Part shown: in pieces, positions 14,803-40,801 of the stretch | Position numbering within the stretch: the stretch's first letter is position 1 | How the letters are laid out: every line of letters begins with the position of its first letter | Assembly: GCF_009914755.1 (NCBI RefSeq) | Contig: NC_060948.1 | Reading direction: 5' to 3' (one strand) | DNA: 64,000 nucleotides | From: the human T2T-CHM13v2.0 reference genome, Homo sapiens | Program-made: the position numbers and the translations under genes | The notes under the pieces: generated by a model | Told to the model about the DNA's origin: nothing | Database searches by the model: none | The model's input: only the letters and a program-made list of their open reading frames with translations

Positions 14803-15324
14803 CATAGATAGATAGATAGATAGATGATGGTAATAGACACATACTTAGGTAGATAGAATATCATAGATAGATAGATAATGGTAGTAGATACATACTTAGG
14901 TAGATAGAATATCATAGATAGATAGATAGATAATGGTAGTAGATACATACTTAGGTAGATAGAGGATGAGAGATAGATAGATAGATAGATAGATAGACAG
15001 ATAACGGTAATAGATACATACTTAGGTAGATAGAGGATGAGAGATGGATAGATAGACAGATAATCGTAATAGGTACATACTTAGGTAGATAGAGGATGAG
15101 AGATAGATAGACAGATAGATAGACCGATAGATAATGGTAATAGATACATACTTAGGTAGATAGAGGATGAGAGATAGATAGATAGATAGATAGATAGACC
15201 GATAGATAATGGTAATAGATACATACTTAGGTAGATAGAAGATGATAGATAGATAGACAGACAGACAGATAATGGTAATAGATACATACTTAGGTAGATA
15301 GAGGATGAGAGATAGATAGATAGG

Positions 15325-15361
<37 letters not shown>

Positions 15362-15396
15362 GATGGTAATAGATACATAGGTAGATAGAGGATGAG

Positions 15397-15438
<42 letters not shown>

Positions 15439-15629
15439 TTAGATAGATAGATGATGGTAATAGATACATACTTAGGTAGATAGAATATCATAGATAGATA
15501 GATAGATAATGGTAGTAGATACATACTTAGGTAGATAGAGGATGAGAGATAGATAGATAGATAGATAGATAGACAGATAATGGTAATAGATACATACTTA
15601 GGTAGATAGAGGATGAGAGATAGATAGAT

Positions 15630-15675
<46 letters not shown>

Positions 15676-15786
15676 CCGACAGATAATGGTAATAGATACA
15701 TACTTAGGTAGATAGAAGATGATAGATAGATAGACAGACAGACAGATAATGGTAATAGATACATACTTAGGTAGATAGAGGATGAG

Positions 15787-15822
<36 letters not shown>

Positions 15823-15971
15823 GATGGTAATAGATACATACTTAGGTAGATAGAATATCATAGATAGATAGATAATGGTAGTAGATACATACTTAGGTAG
15901 ATAGAATATCATAGATAGATAGATAGATAGATAATGGTAGTAGATACATACTTAGGTAGATAGAGGATGAG

Positions 15972-16010
<39 letters not shown>

Positions 16011-16200
16011 CAGATAATGGTAATAGATACATACTTAGGTAGATAGAGGATGAGAGATAGATAGATAGATAGATAGACCGATAGATAATGGTAATAGATA
16101 CATACTTAGGTAGATAGAAGATGATAGATAGATAGACAGACAGACAGATAATGGTAATAGATACATACTTAGGTAGATAGAGGATGAGAGATAGATAGAT

Positions 16201-16247
<47 letters not shown>

Positions 16248-16286
16248 GATGGTAATAGATACATACTTAGGTAGACAGAGGATGAG

Positions 16287-16329
<43 letters not shown>

Positions 16330-16452
16330 CCGATAGATAATGGTAATAGATACATACTTAGGTATATAGAAGATGATAGATAGACAGACAGACAGACAGA
16401 TAATGGTAATAGATAGATACTTAGGTAGATAGAGGATGAGAGATAGATAGAT

Positions 16453-16494
<42 letters not shown>

Positions 16495-16755
16495 CAGATA
16501 ATGGTAATAGATACATACTTAGGTAGATAGAGGATGAGAGATGGATAGATAGACAGATAATGGTAATAGATACATACTTAGGTAGATAGAGGATGAGAGA
16601 TAGATAGATAGATAGATAGACCGATAGATAATGGTAATAGATACATACTTAGGTAGATAGAAGATGATAGATAGACAGACAGACAGACAGATAATGGTAA
16701 TAGATACATACTTAGGTAGATAGAGGATGAGAGATAGATAGATAGATAGATAGAT

Positions 16756-16805
<50 letters not shown>

Positions 16806-16865
16806 GATGGTAATAGATACATACTTAGGTAGATAGAAGATAGACAGATACTGGATAGATAGACG
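14256..16865 (+). repeat. 2.6-kb complex (GATA)n VNTR with spacer ATGGTAATAGATACATACTTAGGTAGATAGAGGATGAGA
   Basis: Dozens of spacer copies separated by variable GATA/GACA runs. Confidence 0.97.
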
Positions 16866-16999
16866 ATGTAAAATCACTAGCAGCACTTTTGGGAAAAGGT
16901 GTTGTATAAACTGGATCAAAGACTAACTCTGAGCTACACACATATGAAATCTCACCCAGAGGAGACCCCACTGCTCACAAAGACCTCAGTCAGGAGCGG

Positions 17000-17560
17000 G
17001 CGAGCTGTATTTTTATGCTAAAATTTACACAAAGGGACGGCCCCAGGCTCTCCCTCCTTTGCAAGCTGTGGTCAGTCACGCCGTCTGGCCGAGGAATCCG
17101 GCTTTCACAGGGGGAAGCAAATAATAGGACGGGGAAACCGCAGGGTCCTTGGGCACTCAGAGCTGTCACTCATCACAAATCCATAAAACAATTCGTGTGG
17201 AAGTAATGATATTGTTTAACCACTGTATTTTTGATTAATGTATAAATAATTTAACTGAGTATTTCTTGAGTTTTCAGCGTGTCTGCCATTATTTACCGGC
17301 CCTGTCATGACGGCTGCTGGTGCTCTGCCATATAAAACATCCTCAAGTCCGTCCGAGGAGGCTGGTGGGTTGTTAATGGTCTTAGGGGGAAACGGCATTG
17401 CAGCTATTAACAAGCCGATTAGCATAATCCATTGTGATATATCATCATCCAGAAGTTCATCTGTGCAACTCGATGGGACTGGGGAATGGCTTTGAAGATC
17501 TTATGATACAATAACTATCTATTTGATAAGCAATTAAAAAGATATTTTGAGACACGAGGA
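17000..17560. promoter_or_regulatory. Candidate conserved enhancer island
   Basis: Unique sequence; TTTTATG, CCATAAAA, TGATTAAT, TGTCATGAC, TTAATGG, TAATCC, CAATTAAAAA. Confidence 0.5.
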
Positions 17561-17748
17561 GTGAAGATAATGGAACGGAGAGGAGGAGGGAGGCATGAGG
17601 GTGCCACGCTTCAGGGGAACGCGTTTGCTGATGACGGATGGAGCTTGATTCAGCCTGAGCTGTGGATGTCAGTGGCATGTTTGGCTCCGGGAGCAGCGTG
17701 GGGTGGTGACCTAGAAGCTATGGTATTCACGCAGGACTCTCCGCATGA

Positions 17749-20309
<2,561 letters not shown>

Positions 20310-20628
20310 CTTCTCTTCCTTTCTTTGCTTCAGGACTTATTGACAAATACAGCCACAGGGATCAAACACACGGGGAAAAGCATCCTTATTTTTTTCTTCT
20401 TTCCCCAACGGATAAAGGTACTGATCCTCTCAGATCTGGATCTGAGAGCAGTTAAGCCTCCTCGTTAGTTCTCTTAAGTTGAACTTGCTCTCCTTCTAAT
20501 GAGGAACAAGGAGGGGTGAAAACGGTGGACATTCCCCTTGTCGGGGAGACCTGACCCATTCAGCTTCCTCTGAGCAGGCCGGTTGTCCCAAAGACAGACC
20601 CCCAGAGGGTCTAACCCACGTTCTCTGA

Positions 20629-21356
<728 letters not shown>

Positions 21357-21401
21357 AACAGTGGGAGTTTTCTTTACTTCACTTCTTTTTTGCATGGAGA
21401 G

Positions 21402-21484
21402 GCTTATAATTGGATACACTTGGGGCTTATAACTGGATACACTTGCAGCTTATAACTCCATACACTTGCGGCTTATCACTCGAT
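21402..21484. repeat. 23-bp minisatellite, about 3.5 copies (GCTTATAACTGGATACACTTG)
   Basis: Units start at about 21402, 21425, 21448 and 21471. Confidence 0.8.
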
Positions 21485-21547
21485 ATAGTTATCTTCCAGC
21501 ACATGGACTCCGCATCACACAGGGATATGGCTGCAACACAGCAGCTA

Positions 21548-22066
<519 letters not shown>

Positions 22067-22560
22067 TCACAAGCTATGCCATTTCCACAGTGAAAACAGG
22101 GAGGGGTCTGGAGTGCTGAAAACTTCCATGCCTTCCTTCAGTGCTAGGTGGTCCGGCTGCCCTAACATCACCCAGCTAGCAAGGTGTGCTGCCTGCTTTC
22201 AGCTCAAGTCTGCAAGCCACACCAGGCCTGTGCATTTGTGAGTGAACACAAGACATTAGCTTAGTTCACCCCTGAATACGGTGCAAGCACCTGCTCGTAC
22301 AAACGCAGTATAGTACTGATGGCTTCAAATGATCTATTATCTATTAGACTTATCTACTGATGGTTATCTATCCACTGAGACTGGCGTTTCAGGAATATCC
22401 ACTCAACCAGCTGTAGCCAAGGGGCCCACGGTGACTGCTCACTGCCTGCATTGACTGTGACCCAAGCCTGCTCTCCAACATTCCTGGGACTCACTTTCCC
22501 CAACTGTGGAGGAGAAGAGGATTTAACCTGCAGGGTGGTTATGAGAATGTAACACTTTTA

Positions 22561-24474
<1,914 letters not shown>

Positions 24475-25121
24475 ATAGGGCCGAACACGCTAAGAGGGGA
24501 AAGGTGGAGAGATGAGGCTTCCGTATGGGCACTGAGATGGGTCTTCAGCGTCGGGGAGCGGAGAACGGTTGGGGTCTGAACTACAGTGTCTGCCCACCTC
24601 CCCATGAGGAGCTCCAAAGACAAGCTGAACCCCTAAGCTAGTACCAGCCCCAAACTCTGAAGGCCGTTCGTATATTCCCTTTATCCACCGGAGGTCCAGG
24701 TGGAAGCAGAAAACAGAAAATATTGTCCTTTGTGGCCCGAAGGGAAGATGCCGAGGCCCCGTGACTCTGCTGAGCAGGGGAACCCCTCACCAGGACTCAT
24801 CCCCACAGCCGTTTACAAGTCCTCGTTCCCCCAGACCCCCCAGTCCCTCCTGCAACTCAACCTGACCCGCACTCACTCAATGCTGCGGATCAAGCCTTCT
24901 GGGCCTTTTGTTTGCTTTTCCACACACAGTCTGAGCTGCTCAATTAAAGCATAAAAACCATTAGTGAGCCGGGGAGGCCCCTGGGGAGGCTCAGCCAGTG
25001 AACTCCCTGGCCTGTTTCCCCAAGGCAAGCCGAGTGGGCCTCCATCTGTCAGCACTGAGAGGTGGCCGCCACACCTCCAAAACCTCCAAACGGCTTCCCG
25101 GGGGACTGAGGGAAGAGATAA

Positions 25122-25754
<633 letters not shown>

Positions 25755-26030
25755 TGAAATACTGGCACGTAGAATGCCAGAGATGAGGAGGATTCTAGGT
25801 AGGACAACAGCAACCTTCGCTCCCGGACAACAGGTAGCAACATCGTCCTCATATCCCTGGCCCTCTTATCGTCACCTTCCCTTCCACGCCTCCCTCGGGA
25901 GCGATTGTATCTATTGTCTCCCAGCCCCGATGATGGATGCTCAGGGCACTCATCTCTCTGAGTGATCAGTATTTTCCGTGTTCTTCTCAGAGTCTCTGAC
26001 ACTGTGGGCCGGGCCCTGGCTACAGCTGAC

Positions 26031-26031
<1 letters not shown>

Positions 26032-26067
<36 letters not shown>

Positions 26068-26090
26068 TGTGTGTGTGTGTGGGGGGGGGG
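26032..26090 (+). repeat. (GT)n microsatellite ending in a G10 run
   Basis: Directly visible. Confidence 0.97.
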
Positions 26091-26850
26091 TTCATTTACA
26101 TTTCAATCTTCACCTCATGAATGTAAAAGCTCAGCCGGCAAATTAATAACAGGGTGATGAGGACGCCTCCCTGCACTGGGAAGGGGGGCACCACCTCCCC
26201 TCGTTTCCAACCCCTAGAAGCCGACAGCCCCTTCCTGGCCATTGTGTTCGGCAGCCGTCTCATTTACCGGCCCGCGGTGAATGACATTACAGAGAAAGGC
26301 ATATCCAGAGTGACACAAATGTATTTCTGTCCCAAGCAAGGCAGTCTATTTTCATAGAATCAAGGGGCTATTTGTCTGGGGACGATTTAGTTTCCATGAA
26401 AAATTAAAATGGTTTTCTGTGCTGCTATAGGGTGGCGAAATTTAATTTGTCACTCGTTTACTAAAGCAGGTATAAAAAGGAGAAGAATTGGATGTCTGAT
26501 GGGCTGAAATTGGCGACGTCCCTCGGTTTGGTCTCCCAAGGCCTGGGGACGCAGAGGCCTGTCCCGGCCACCCCCAACGCCCCCCTCTCCCCACCCTCGG
26601 AGGACCTGGTCATCTTAAACCAACTTACAGAAAACCTTTGGGGAGGCTGTGCCAATCACCCGGAAAACCACGTTCCTATCGATCCCCTGTCTGCGTGATT
26701 TATGGCTTCATTTTACGGTAATTGAGAATTAGTGAGGAGATGAGCAGGACTGCACGTGGTGACACGGGGTCCACATCTCATTGAATTGCGGGATGACGTG
26801 GAAATTAATGTGACACACGGGAGATGTGGAACAGGGGGCCGTGTGTCTCC
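26090..26850. promoter_or_regulatory. Conserved non-coding enhancer, probably SHOX downstream CNE5
   Basis: Dense TAAT/TGACA motifs and a canonical PBX-HOX site TGATTTATGG (26696-26705). I recall 26662-26685 GGAAAACCACGTTCCTATCGATCC as a SHOX CNE5 MLPA probe target (unverified). Confidence 0.7.
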
Positions 26851-27031
26851 AGCATCACACGGGCGTCCCCGGTCACCAGCACCCCCTCCCCGGTCTGCCT
26901 TCGAAGGCAGGATGAGGATGATTGATCCGAATCGGTTTCAATCCGTCTCAACTGCAGCCCGGCCGATGGACGGGACACTCACAATTGGATTGAGCCTCCT
27001 ACGAACAAAGTTCATCGACAGCCACCCGCAG

Positions 27032-27153
27032 GTCAATGGCTGCAGCTCACCAGCGTGGCACACGTATACGTATGTAACTAACCTGCACAATGTGCACATG
27101 TACCCTAAAACTTAAAGTATAATCATAATAAAATAAAATAAAGGAAAAAAAAT
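27032..27153 (+). mobile_element. L1PA extreme 3' end (5'-truncated)
   Basis: GTAACTAACCTGCACAATGTGCACATGTACCCTAAAACTTAAAGTATAAT plus A tail. Confidence 0.92.
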
Positions 27154-27783
27154 AGGAGGTCTCGTGTCATCCGACCGCCTCAAAATGAAGTTTTGAAAAT
27201 CTACGTCTTGCAGCCGACATGCCAAATCTCTAAAGCCAACCAACAGTGGCAAAGTCGAATTACAGATGGACTCTGCTGGGCTGTTTACAGGATAATCGGC
27301 TGCTCTGATCGTGAATAAAGGTGCTAACTACTCCCCACTGTGCAGAGAGAAAAAGGTTCTAACTACCCCCACCCTACAGAGAGAAATGTCTGCGTCCCGT
27401 AAGGGCAGGAGGGGTGACAGAGGAGATCTGGGAAGCTCTAGGGGTGAAAAGAGGCTTATGTCTGGCCTCAGCCATCTCTCCAAAGCCTTACAGAGGCCTC
27501 CTCTGCAGATTTGCACACCTAAAGCTCGGCGGGGTTTCAAGACCGTTAAGAATCTCTTTTGCATTTGAACAGGGACGTAGGTGTGAACGTAGAGTGTCCA
27601 GCAGAAAAAAAAACAAACAAACAAAAAAAAAAAAAAAACGGAGCTGTGGAAAGTTCCGGAGAAGCTCACAGTGTAACAGTGGGAAATTCTTCACCTTCTG
27701 GTGCTCGGCAAATTGTTTGACAACATCTGGGTAGAAAATGGAGAGCAGAGTCTGTGAACGCTCCCCTCAAGAAAACCCGCTCA

Positions 27784-28267
<484 letters not shown>

Positions 28268-28271
28268 CTAA

Positions 28272-29150
<879 letters not shown>

Positions 29151-29464
29151 CAGGCATGACTGAGGCATTAAACAGAAGGAAAACCTGTCCCTTGCACCAG
29201 TAACGTGATTTGCAAAATCCGATCAGCTATGTGCCTATCGCATACGTGGGTCTCTTATCACATTGGCGGGGACCACAAGCCCTAATGCAATGCAGGAGGT
29301 GCGCTAACGAGACAGGGGAGTCGCTAACGCAATGATCCCGCAGTCAGGGCGAGGCGAGGGGCTGCCCGTCGTGGCCAGAGGTTCCCGGAATAAATTAGCC
29401 AAGCGGAGTTGCTGAGTGCGGGAGGAGGATGAATTAGAAGTCCGACGCTGTGTGGGGAAAATAG

Positions 29465-29689
<225 letters not shown>

Positions 29690-29815
29690 TAATTCTTCAC
29701 AACGCGTTATTCCAGGTCAAAGGTAGTCCCACCCCCAGCTAAATCTCCATGGGTAGAAACTGAAATGTCTTCCTTTGGAAAAAGCAGCTAAGCCAGCAGA
29801 ACTCTGATCATTGGC

Positions 29816-30345
29816 TGTGGTGGTAGCTTGACTATGTCCCCCGAAAGAGACAGGATCATAAGGTCAGGAGTTCGAGACCAGCCTGGCCAACATGGTGAAA
29901 CCCCGTCTCTACTAAAAATATAAAAAATTAGCCGGACACGGGCTGTTTTAACCTGTGCTACCTATGAGTGGGACTTTATTTGGAAATAAGGTTTCTGCAG
30001 TTGGAATTAAGTGGGGGAATTTGAGATGAGATCATCCTGCATTAGGGGGACCCTAAACCCAATGAGGAATGTCCTTCTAAGAGACAGAAGAGGAAACACA
30101 GACACAGAGGAGAAGGCCACGTAGAGACGGAGGCAGAGACTGCAGTGAGGCGGCCACAAGCCCAGGGATGCCTGGAGCCCCCAGGAGCTGGGAGAGTTAG
30201 GAAGGACCCTCCCCTACAGCCTCCAGAGGGAACACGGCCCTGAGACACCTTCTTCTCAGACTGCTGGATGCCAGGACTGGGACAGGAAAAATTCTTGTTG
30301 TAAAAGCTTCTGGGTTTGGGGTCATTTGTGTGGCAGACGTAGGAT
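29816..30345 (+). mobile_element. MLT1 (MLT1C-like) LTR with an Alu fragment at about 29853-29940
   Basis: TTTGGAAATAAGG, GAGATGAGATCATCCTG, GACACAGAGGAGAAGGCCAC, GGAGCTGGGAGAG. Confidence 0.82.
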
Positions 30346-30492
30346 GTCAGTCACCAGGAGATCACGGATCAAAGCCGAGAAACACTGGGATGAGGGCCCT
30401 AGGTTATCCACAGGGGCCTCGATGAATGAGTTGGATGTTTCCTCATGTGTAGCAGTGCACAGAAGGGCAGGAGGAACTGGGTACCAGGCTGA

Positions 30493-30850
<358 letters not shown>

Positions 30851-31099
30851 GTGTGTTTCTGTTAAGACACGCGAAGCCGTGGTTCTCCCCTGGGCTCCGT
30901 CCTCTTGCTTTTGCTTTTTGAGTTCTCCAGTAATACGAGTACCCTTTACTTTTTGTATCCCATTTTTTATCTATTTTTTTCTCTCTTTTGGGTGTCTGCA
31001 ACAACCTGGCTGGCTCGGCTCTCGGCTCTGCAAGACAAATGTTCAGCTTCCTCGCCAGAAAAGAAAAAAGAAAAAAAAAATTCTGGACGGCGTTTCTTG

Positions 31100-31480
31100 C
31101 CTTAAATAAAAAACCGCTTATTCACCTCAATGTGGGAGAAAGCTATGATTATCACACCTATATTTCGGGCCCAGGGTAAGCCGAGAATGTCTCTCTAGAA
31201 TCCCATAAATCCAACCCTGAAAGGATGAATTCCTCAAACATGAAATTGGGTCCTCACCTGCTTTTCATTATAGGTTTTCAAGAAGTAAATGGTGTTTCCG
31301 TTTGTTATTTATATGCTCGTGGAGTGTAATGGTTGTAATGATTAATACTGAATTTCTGAAATTATTCTAAAAAGACACTTCATAAATATTGAACAGAGCT
31401 ATTATCCGCATGTATCTCCATTTATTTTATTAAAATGGAAATTCAGCAATCATCAATAAAAGCATACTGTGTATTTTGAG
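31100..31480. promoter_or_regulatory. Candidate AT-rich homeodomain-motif island
   Basis: CCCATAAAT, TAATGG, TAATGATTAAT, TTCATAAAT, ATCAATAAAA. Confidence 0.35.
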
Positions 31481-31892
31481 AGGGCCCTGGGGAATGGAGT
31501 AGAATACAGAATTTTTTTTTTTTTAAACTTCACTACCCTCTCTTCTCTTTCACAGCTGCATTTGAACCCAGTACAATAACTCTGATGATTTCAGGGGAAT
31601 GTCCCCTTTGGTGGTTTTAGGGGACTGTCCCCAAGGGTTATGTCGACGAATCCGGGAAAAATTTGATCAATAACTGGATGTGAACAGGGATATTCAGAAC
31701 GAGCCCTGTTTGGACTTGAATTTTCCAACAGGGCAGAAGCATTTGCAAATATTGATAACATACGTTTCCAATCAGACCTGAATTTTGGATATTTTACTTG
31801 GAAGACTTCTCTGGAAGTTTGGAGGTCTTCAAAGACAAAATCTTGCTAATCCTCTCACTGGGGCTGAGACAGAGGACAGGATTTCTTTCAGC

Positions 31893-32584
<692 letters not shown>

Positions 32585-32972
32585 TAAACCATGATGGGAG
32601 TCCCTGGGAATCCAGAGTTCTGATCTAGAATAACTCAGGGACCCCACTCCCCAGTTTGTAAAGTAGGGAGTTACAGGGCAGTCTTGGGGTGAATGAGGTT
32701 CAAATGCCTTGTGTAAATTAAAAGGTTAGAGGCGGAGATAACGTTGGCCTCTGGAAACCCTAGCGGGGACAGAGGTGCACCTGGGCTGGACCAACAGACA
32801 CAGAAATTGTTGCAAAGATGGAAACCATTGCCAATGCTGGTTTGATGGGATTAGGGAAAGCCTCATATATCTGACATCTTTCCTTCTTCAGTTTTCACAC
32901 AGAAAATCAGAGAAAGGGAAATGCCTGCACACACAAAAAGGGAAATTACTGCACCAAAAAAAAAAATTCTGT

Positions 32973-32973
<1 letters not shown>

Positions 32974-33007
<34 letters not shown>

Positions 33008-33019
33008 CACACACACACA
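32974..33019 (+). repeat. (CA)n microsatellite
   Basis: Directly visible. Confidence 0.95.
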
Positions 33020-33151
33020 ATTCCCTGGAGAATTTCAGGAATAAAGCCAATCACCATTTATGGGGACAATGGAGAGACACCAGAAAGAAAACTATATACC
33101 TTTAAAAGTAATTTTTTTTCCAGGTACAACAGGACTTAAAACAAGTAATGA

Positions 33152-33463
<312 letters not shown>

Positions 33464-33518
33464 ACAACTACCAACACTTTTAAGGTTAAACAGTAAAAGC
33501 TATTCTGTCTCTCTCTCC

Positions 33519-33576
<58 letters not shown>

Positions 33577-33942
33577 ACACATACATACATATATATACAT
33601 ATATACAAATATACATATATACATATATACATATATACACATATACACATATATACACATATATACACATATATACATATATACACATATATACACATAT
33701 ATACGTATATACACATATATACGTATATACACGTATATACATATATACATATATACATATATACACGTATATACATATATACATATATACACGTATATAC
33801 ATATATACATATATACACGTATATACATATATACGTATATACTCATATATACATATATACGTATATATACATATATACACATATATATACATATATACGT
33901 ATACATACACATATACATACATATGTATACATATATACGTAT
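33519..33942 (+). repeat. (TA)n(CA)n followed by a (TATACA/TATACG)n alternating purine-pyrimidine tract
   Basis: Directly visible. Confidence 0.95.
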
Positions 33943-34269
33943 ACTGGGGGAAGGGGAGAATTGGGCATAGCCCCAGACCAGAGGGTTTTATTGAGTCTGA
34001 AAATCAATAAATACAGTGTATGGGCTGCAGACAGGATGAGTTATTAGAATATCATGGAGATCACCTGTAAAGATTCTCCGGCAAGCTGGAAATGAGATTA
34101 CAGGAACTGGGACAGACCCTGGATGCAGAGGTCTCATTAGCAATCCATGCGTACATTAATTAAGGTAAGCAGTGCCTTTGCTTCCTGAAAACCTGCCTTC
34201 CTTGATATTTTCCTCGAAGACGCTACAAGTTTTGGAGGGCACTAACCTCTCCTCTTATATGTCGATTGC

Positions 34270-36040
<1,771 letters not shown>

Positions 36041-36544
36041 TTCTTTGATGAACCAATAGCTAGAGTTTTGCTTGCTGCACTGACAAGACAAGCAAGATAT
36101 ACAACTCATATTGGTCTATACTTCATCCACGCATTCCCAGGCCATTTCCCTGAAAGTGGTGTCCAGAACTGGGGGCAGGAAGAGCTGACCAAGTGAGCAA
36201 ATGACCAGAAAGGGCTGGAGGGCAAGGATGGTGACCAGGGCCGCTGTCGCAGCAGGTGCAGTGAGTTTACCAAGCATCTAGTCCAGCTTCTCATTTCATA
36301 GACGGGGAAGCCGAGGGACTCTGAAAAAGGATAGAGCCTCACTAGGAATGGCTGGCCGAGGACTTCCCTGGATATAGACTTCAGAATGGCTGGCCTGGGA
36401 AGTCCTGGGATATGCACCTTTGTCATGCAGCTGGAAAAGATGTGCGGGGATGGAATGTTAGTGTAAACACTGAGGGATGATGGGAGTATGGGCATGAAGG
36501 TCGAAGCTCAGATACATTGATAATATATAGGTCAATGATAGTTA

Positions 36545-37314
<770 letters not shown>

Positions 37315-37354
37315 CTAGATGATTGATGAATTTGTACATAGATAGATGATTGAC

Positions 37355-37712
37355 TGATACGGTTTGACTCTGTGTCCCCACTCATCTCTCACATTGAATC
37401 ATAATGATCCCCATGGGTCAAGGGGGGGACCAGGTGGAGGTAATTGAATTACGGGTGCAGTTTCCCCACACTGGCCTCGTGATAATGAGTGAGTCTCATG
37501 AGATCTGAAGGTTTTATAAGCATCTGGCATTTCCCCAGCTGGCACTCCTTCTCTCTCCTGCCGCCCTGTGAAGAGGTGCCTTCCGCCACGATTGTGAGTT
37601 TCCTGAGGTCTCCCCAGCCATGTGGAACTGTGAATCCATTGAATCTCTTTGCTTTATAAATTAGGCAGTCTTGGATATGTCTTTATTAGCAGCATGGGAA
37701 GAGTCTGATGCT
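37355..37712 (+). mobile_element. THE1 (THE1C/D-like) solo LTR
   Basis: TGATACGGTTTGACTCTGTGTCCCCAC start; GAGTCTCATGAGATCTGA; CCCCAGCCATGTGGAACTGTGA; TCTTTATTAGCAGCATG. Confidence 0.9.
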
Positions 37713-37713
37713 A

Positions 37714-38960
<1,247 letters not shown>

Positions 38961-39275
38961 TAGGCATCTTTGCACTTCTAGGTGGCCTTCCTTCTGAGCA
39001 GGGGGTATCTGGCTGCCTGTGGCTTTTCTCCAGCAGGAAGGGGGGTATGTGCATTGGCAGACATCAATGAGCATGAGAGATATGAATAGGGCTGAGAACG
39101 GCAGACTCTGCCCTGGATGGTGGGAGATACTCGCCAGAGGTGGCATTTCTTCTTCTGAGTTGGTCAGCACGACATGCACCCGTGGCAGCCTCTGGGACAG
39201 TTTTCTGATCCATAACAAACTTAATGGACTTGGGTGGTCTCTAGGTTCTCTGGCTTCTGACGCTACATGAACTGA

Positions 39276-39990
39276 TGTATTAGTCAGTTCTTCCATTGCT
39301 ACAGACAAATACCTGAGACTGAGTAATTTATAAAGAAGAGAGGTTGGCCAGGCACGGTAGCTCAAGCCTGTAATCCCAGCACTTTGGGAGGCTGAGGTGG
39401 GTGGATCACCTGAGGTCAAGGGTTCAAGACCAGCCTGGCCAACATGGTGAAACCCCATCTCTAGTAAACATACAAATAATTAGTTGGGCGTGATGGTGTG
39501 GGCCTGAAATCCCAGCTACTCAGGAGGGTGAGGCAGGAGAGTCACTTGAACCCAGGAGGTGGAAGTTACAGTCAGCTGACATAGCACCACTGCACTCCAG
39601 CATGGACAACAGAGTGAGACTCCATCTAGGAAGAAAGCAAGAAGGCAAGAAAGCAAGAAAGCAAGCAAGCAAGCAGGAAAGAAAGAAAGGAAGAAAAAAA
39701 GAAAGAAAGGAAGAAAGCAAGCAAATAAGAAAGCAAGAAAGCAAGCAAGCAAGAAAGAAAGAAAAAGAAATTAAGAAAGCAAGCAAGTAAGAAAGAAAGC
39801 AAGCAAGAAAGAAAGAAAGTAAGAAAGCAAGCAAGTAATAAAGCAAGAAAGAAAGAAGGAAAAGAAAGAAAGTAAGAAAGCAAGCAAGCAAGCAAGACAG
39901 AAAGTTAGAAATTAAGAAAGCAAACAAGTAAGAAAGAAAGAAGGAAAGAAAGAAGAAAAGAAAGAAAACAAGTAAGAAAGCAAGCAAGTG

Positions 39991-40033
<43 letters not shown>

Positions 40034-40052
40034 AAAGAAAAGAAAAGAAAGA
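39276..40052. mobile_element. MST/THE1 LTR end(-) 39276-39345, Alu(+) 39346-39628, (GAAA/GCAA)n tail 39630-40052
   Basis: TGTATTAGTC..ATACCTGAGACTGAGTAATTTATAAAGAAGAGAGGTT; tail directly visible. Confidence 0.87.
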
Positions 40053-40124
40053 CAGACTTTCCATCTGATGCTACGCTCACTATTTAAGGGATGTGTTCCA
40101 TGGAAGCTCAAGCCTCCGCTTCAG

Positions 40125-40498
40125 ACAATATATCCATATAACAATCCTGCACACGTGCCCCCGAATCTAAAATAAAAATGAAAAAAGAAACCACTTTCCA
40201 CGAGCTATTTCTTTTTTTTTTTTTTTTTTTTTGGATTTTTTAGTAGAGACGGGGTTTGGCCCTGTTGGCCAGGCTGGTCTCGAACTCCTGACTTCCGATG
40301 ATCCACCCACCTCAGCCTCCCAAAGTGCTGGGATTACAGGTGTGAGCCACCGGGCCTGGCCTTTTGTTTGTTTTGTGTTTTTTGAGATGGAGTCTCTTCT
40401 CTCACCCAGGCTGGAGGGCAGTGGCATGATCTTGGCTCACAGCAACCTCTGTCTCCTGGGTTCACGCGATTCTCCTGCCTCAGCCTCCCGAGTAGCTG
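40125..40498. mobile_element. Short L1PB-like 3' end(+) then Alu half-elements(-) at 40210-40360 and 40362-40498
   Basis: ATCCATATAACAATCCTGCAC..GAATCTAAAATAAAA; Alu motifs. Confidence 0.78.
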
Positions 40499-40748
40499 TA
40501 AACTTTCACAACTGCGAATTTTTTCTCCTTCTCACTGTCCCCAGGGACAGTGTCCCAGGGAAGGGACAGCCCTTCCCAATTCGATCTCCCTTGTCAAGCC
40601 TGTTAGTGCCTCAACTTCCACTTTGAAAAGTCACGTCAACGCTGCCTGAATGTGCGGTTGTCCTTAAAAGACCGTTTGAATGAATTGTATTGTGTTTAGT
40701 GCAAGGACAAGGAGGATTGGGGTGGAAATGTGGAAGGGAAACCTCATC

Positions 40749-40750
<2 letters not shown>

Positions 40751-40800
<50 letters not shown>
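40751..40800 (+). repeat. (TG)25 microsatellite
   Basis: Directly visible. Confidence 0.97.

Positions 40801-40801
<1 letters not shown>

Noticed and set aside
14256-16865. Repeat-spacer pattern superficially like a CRISPR array
   Set aside because: The variable parts are GATA runs rather than unique spacers; primate DNA with no cas genes
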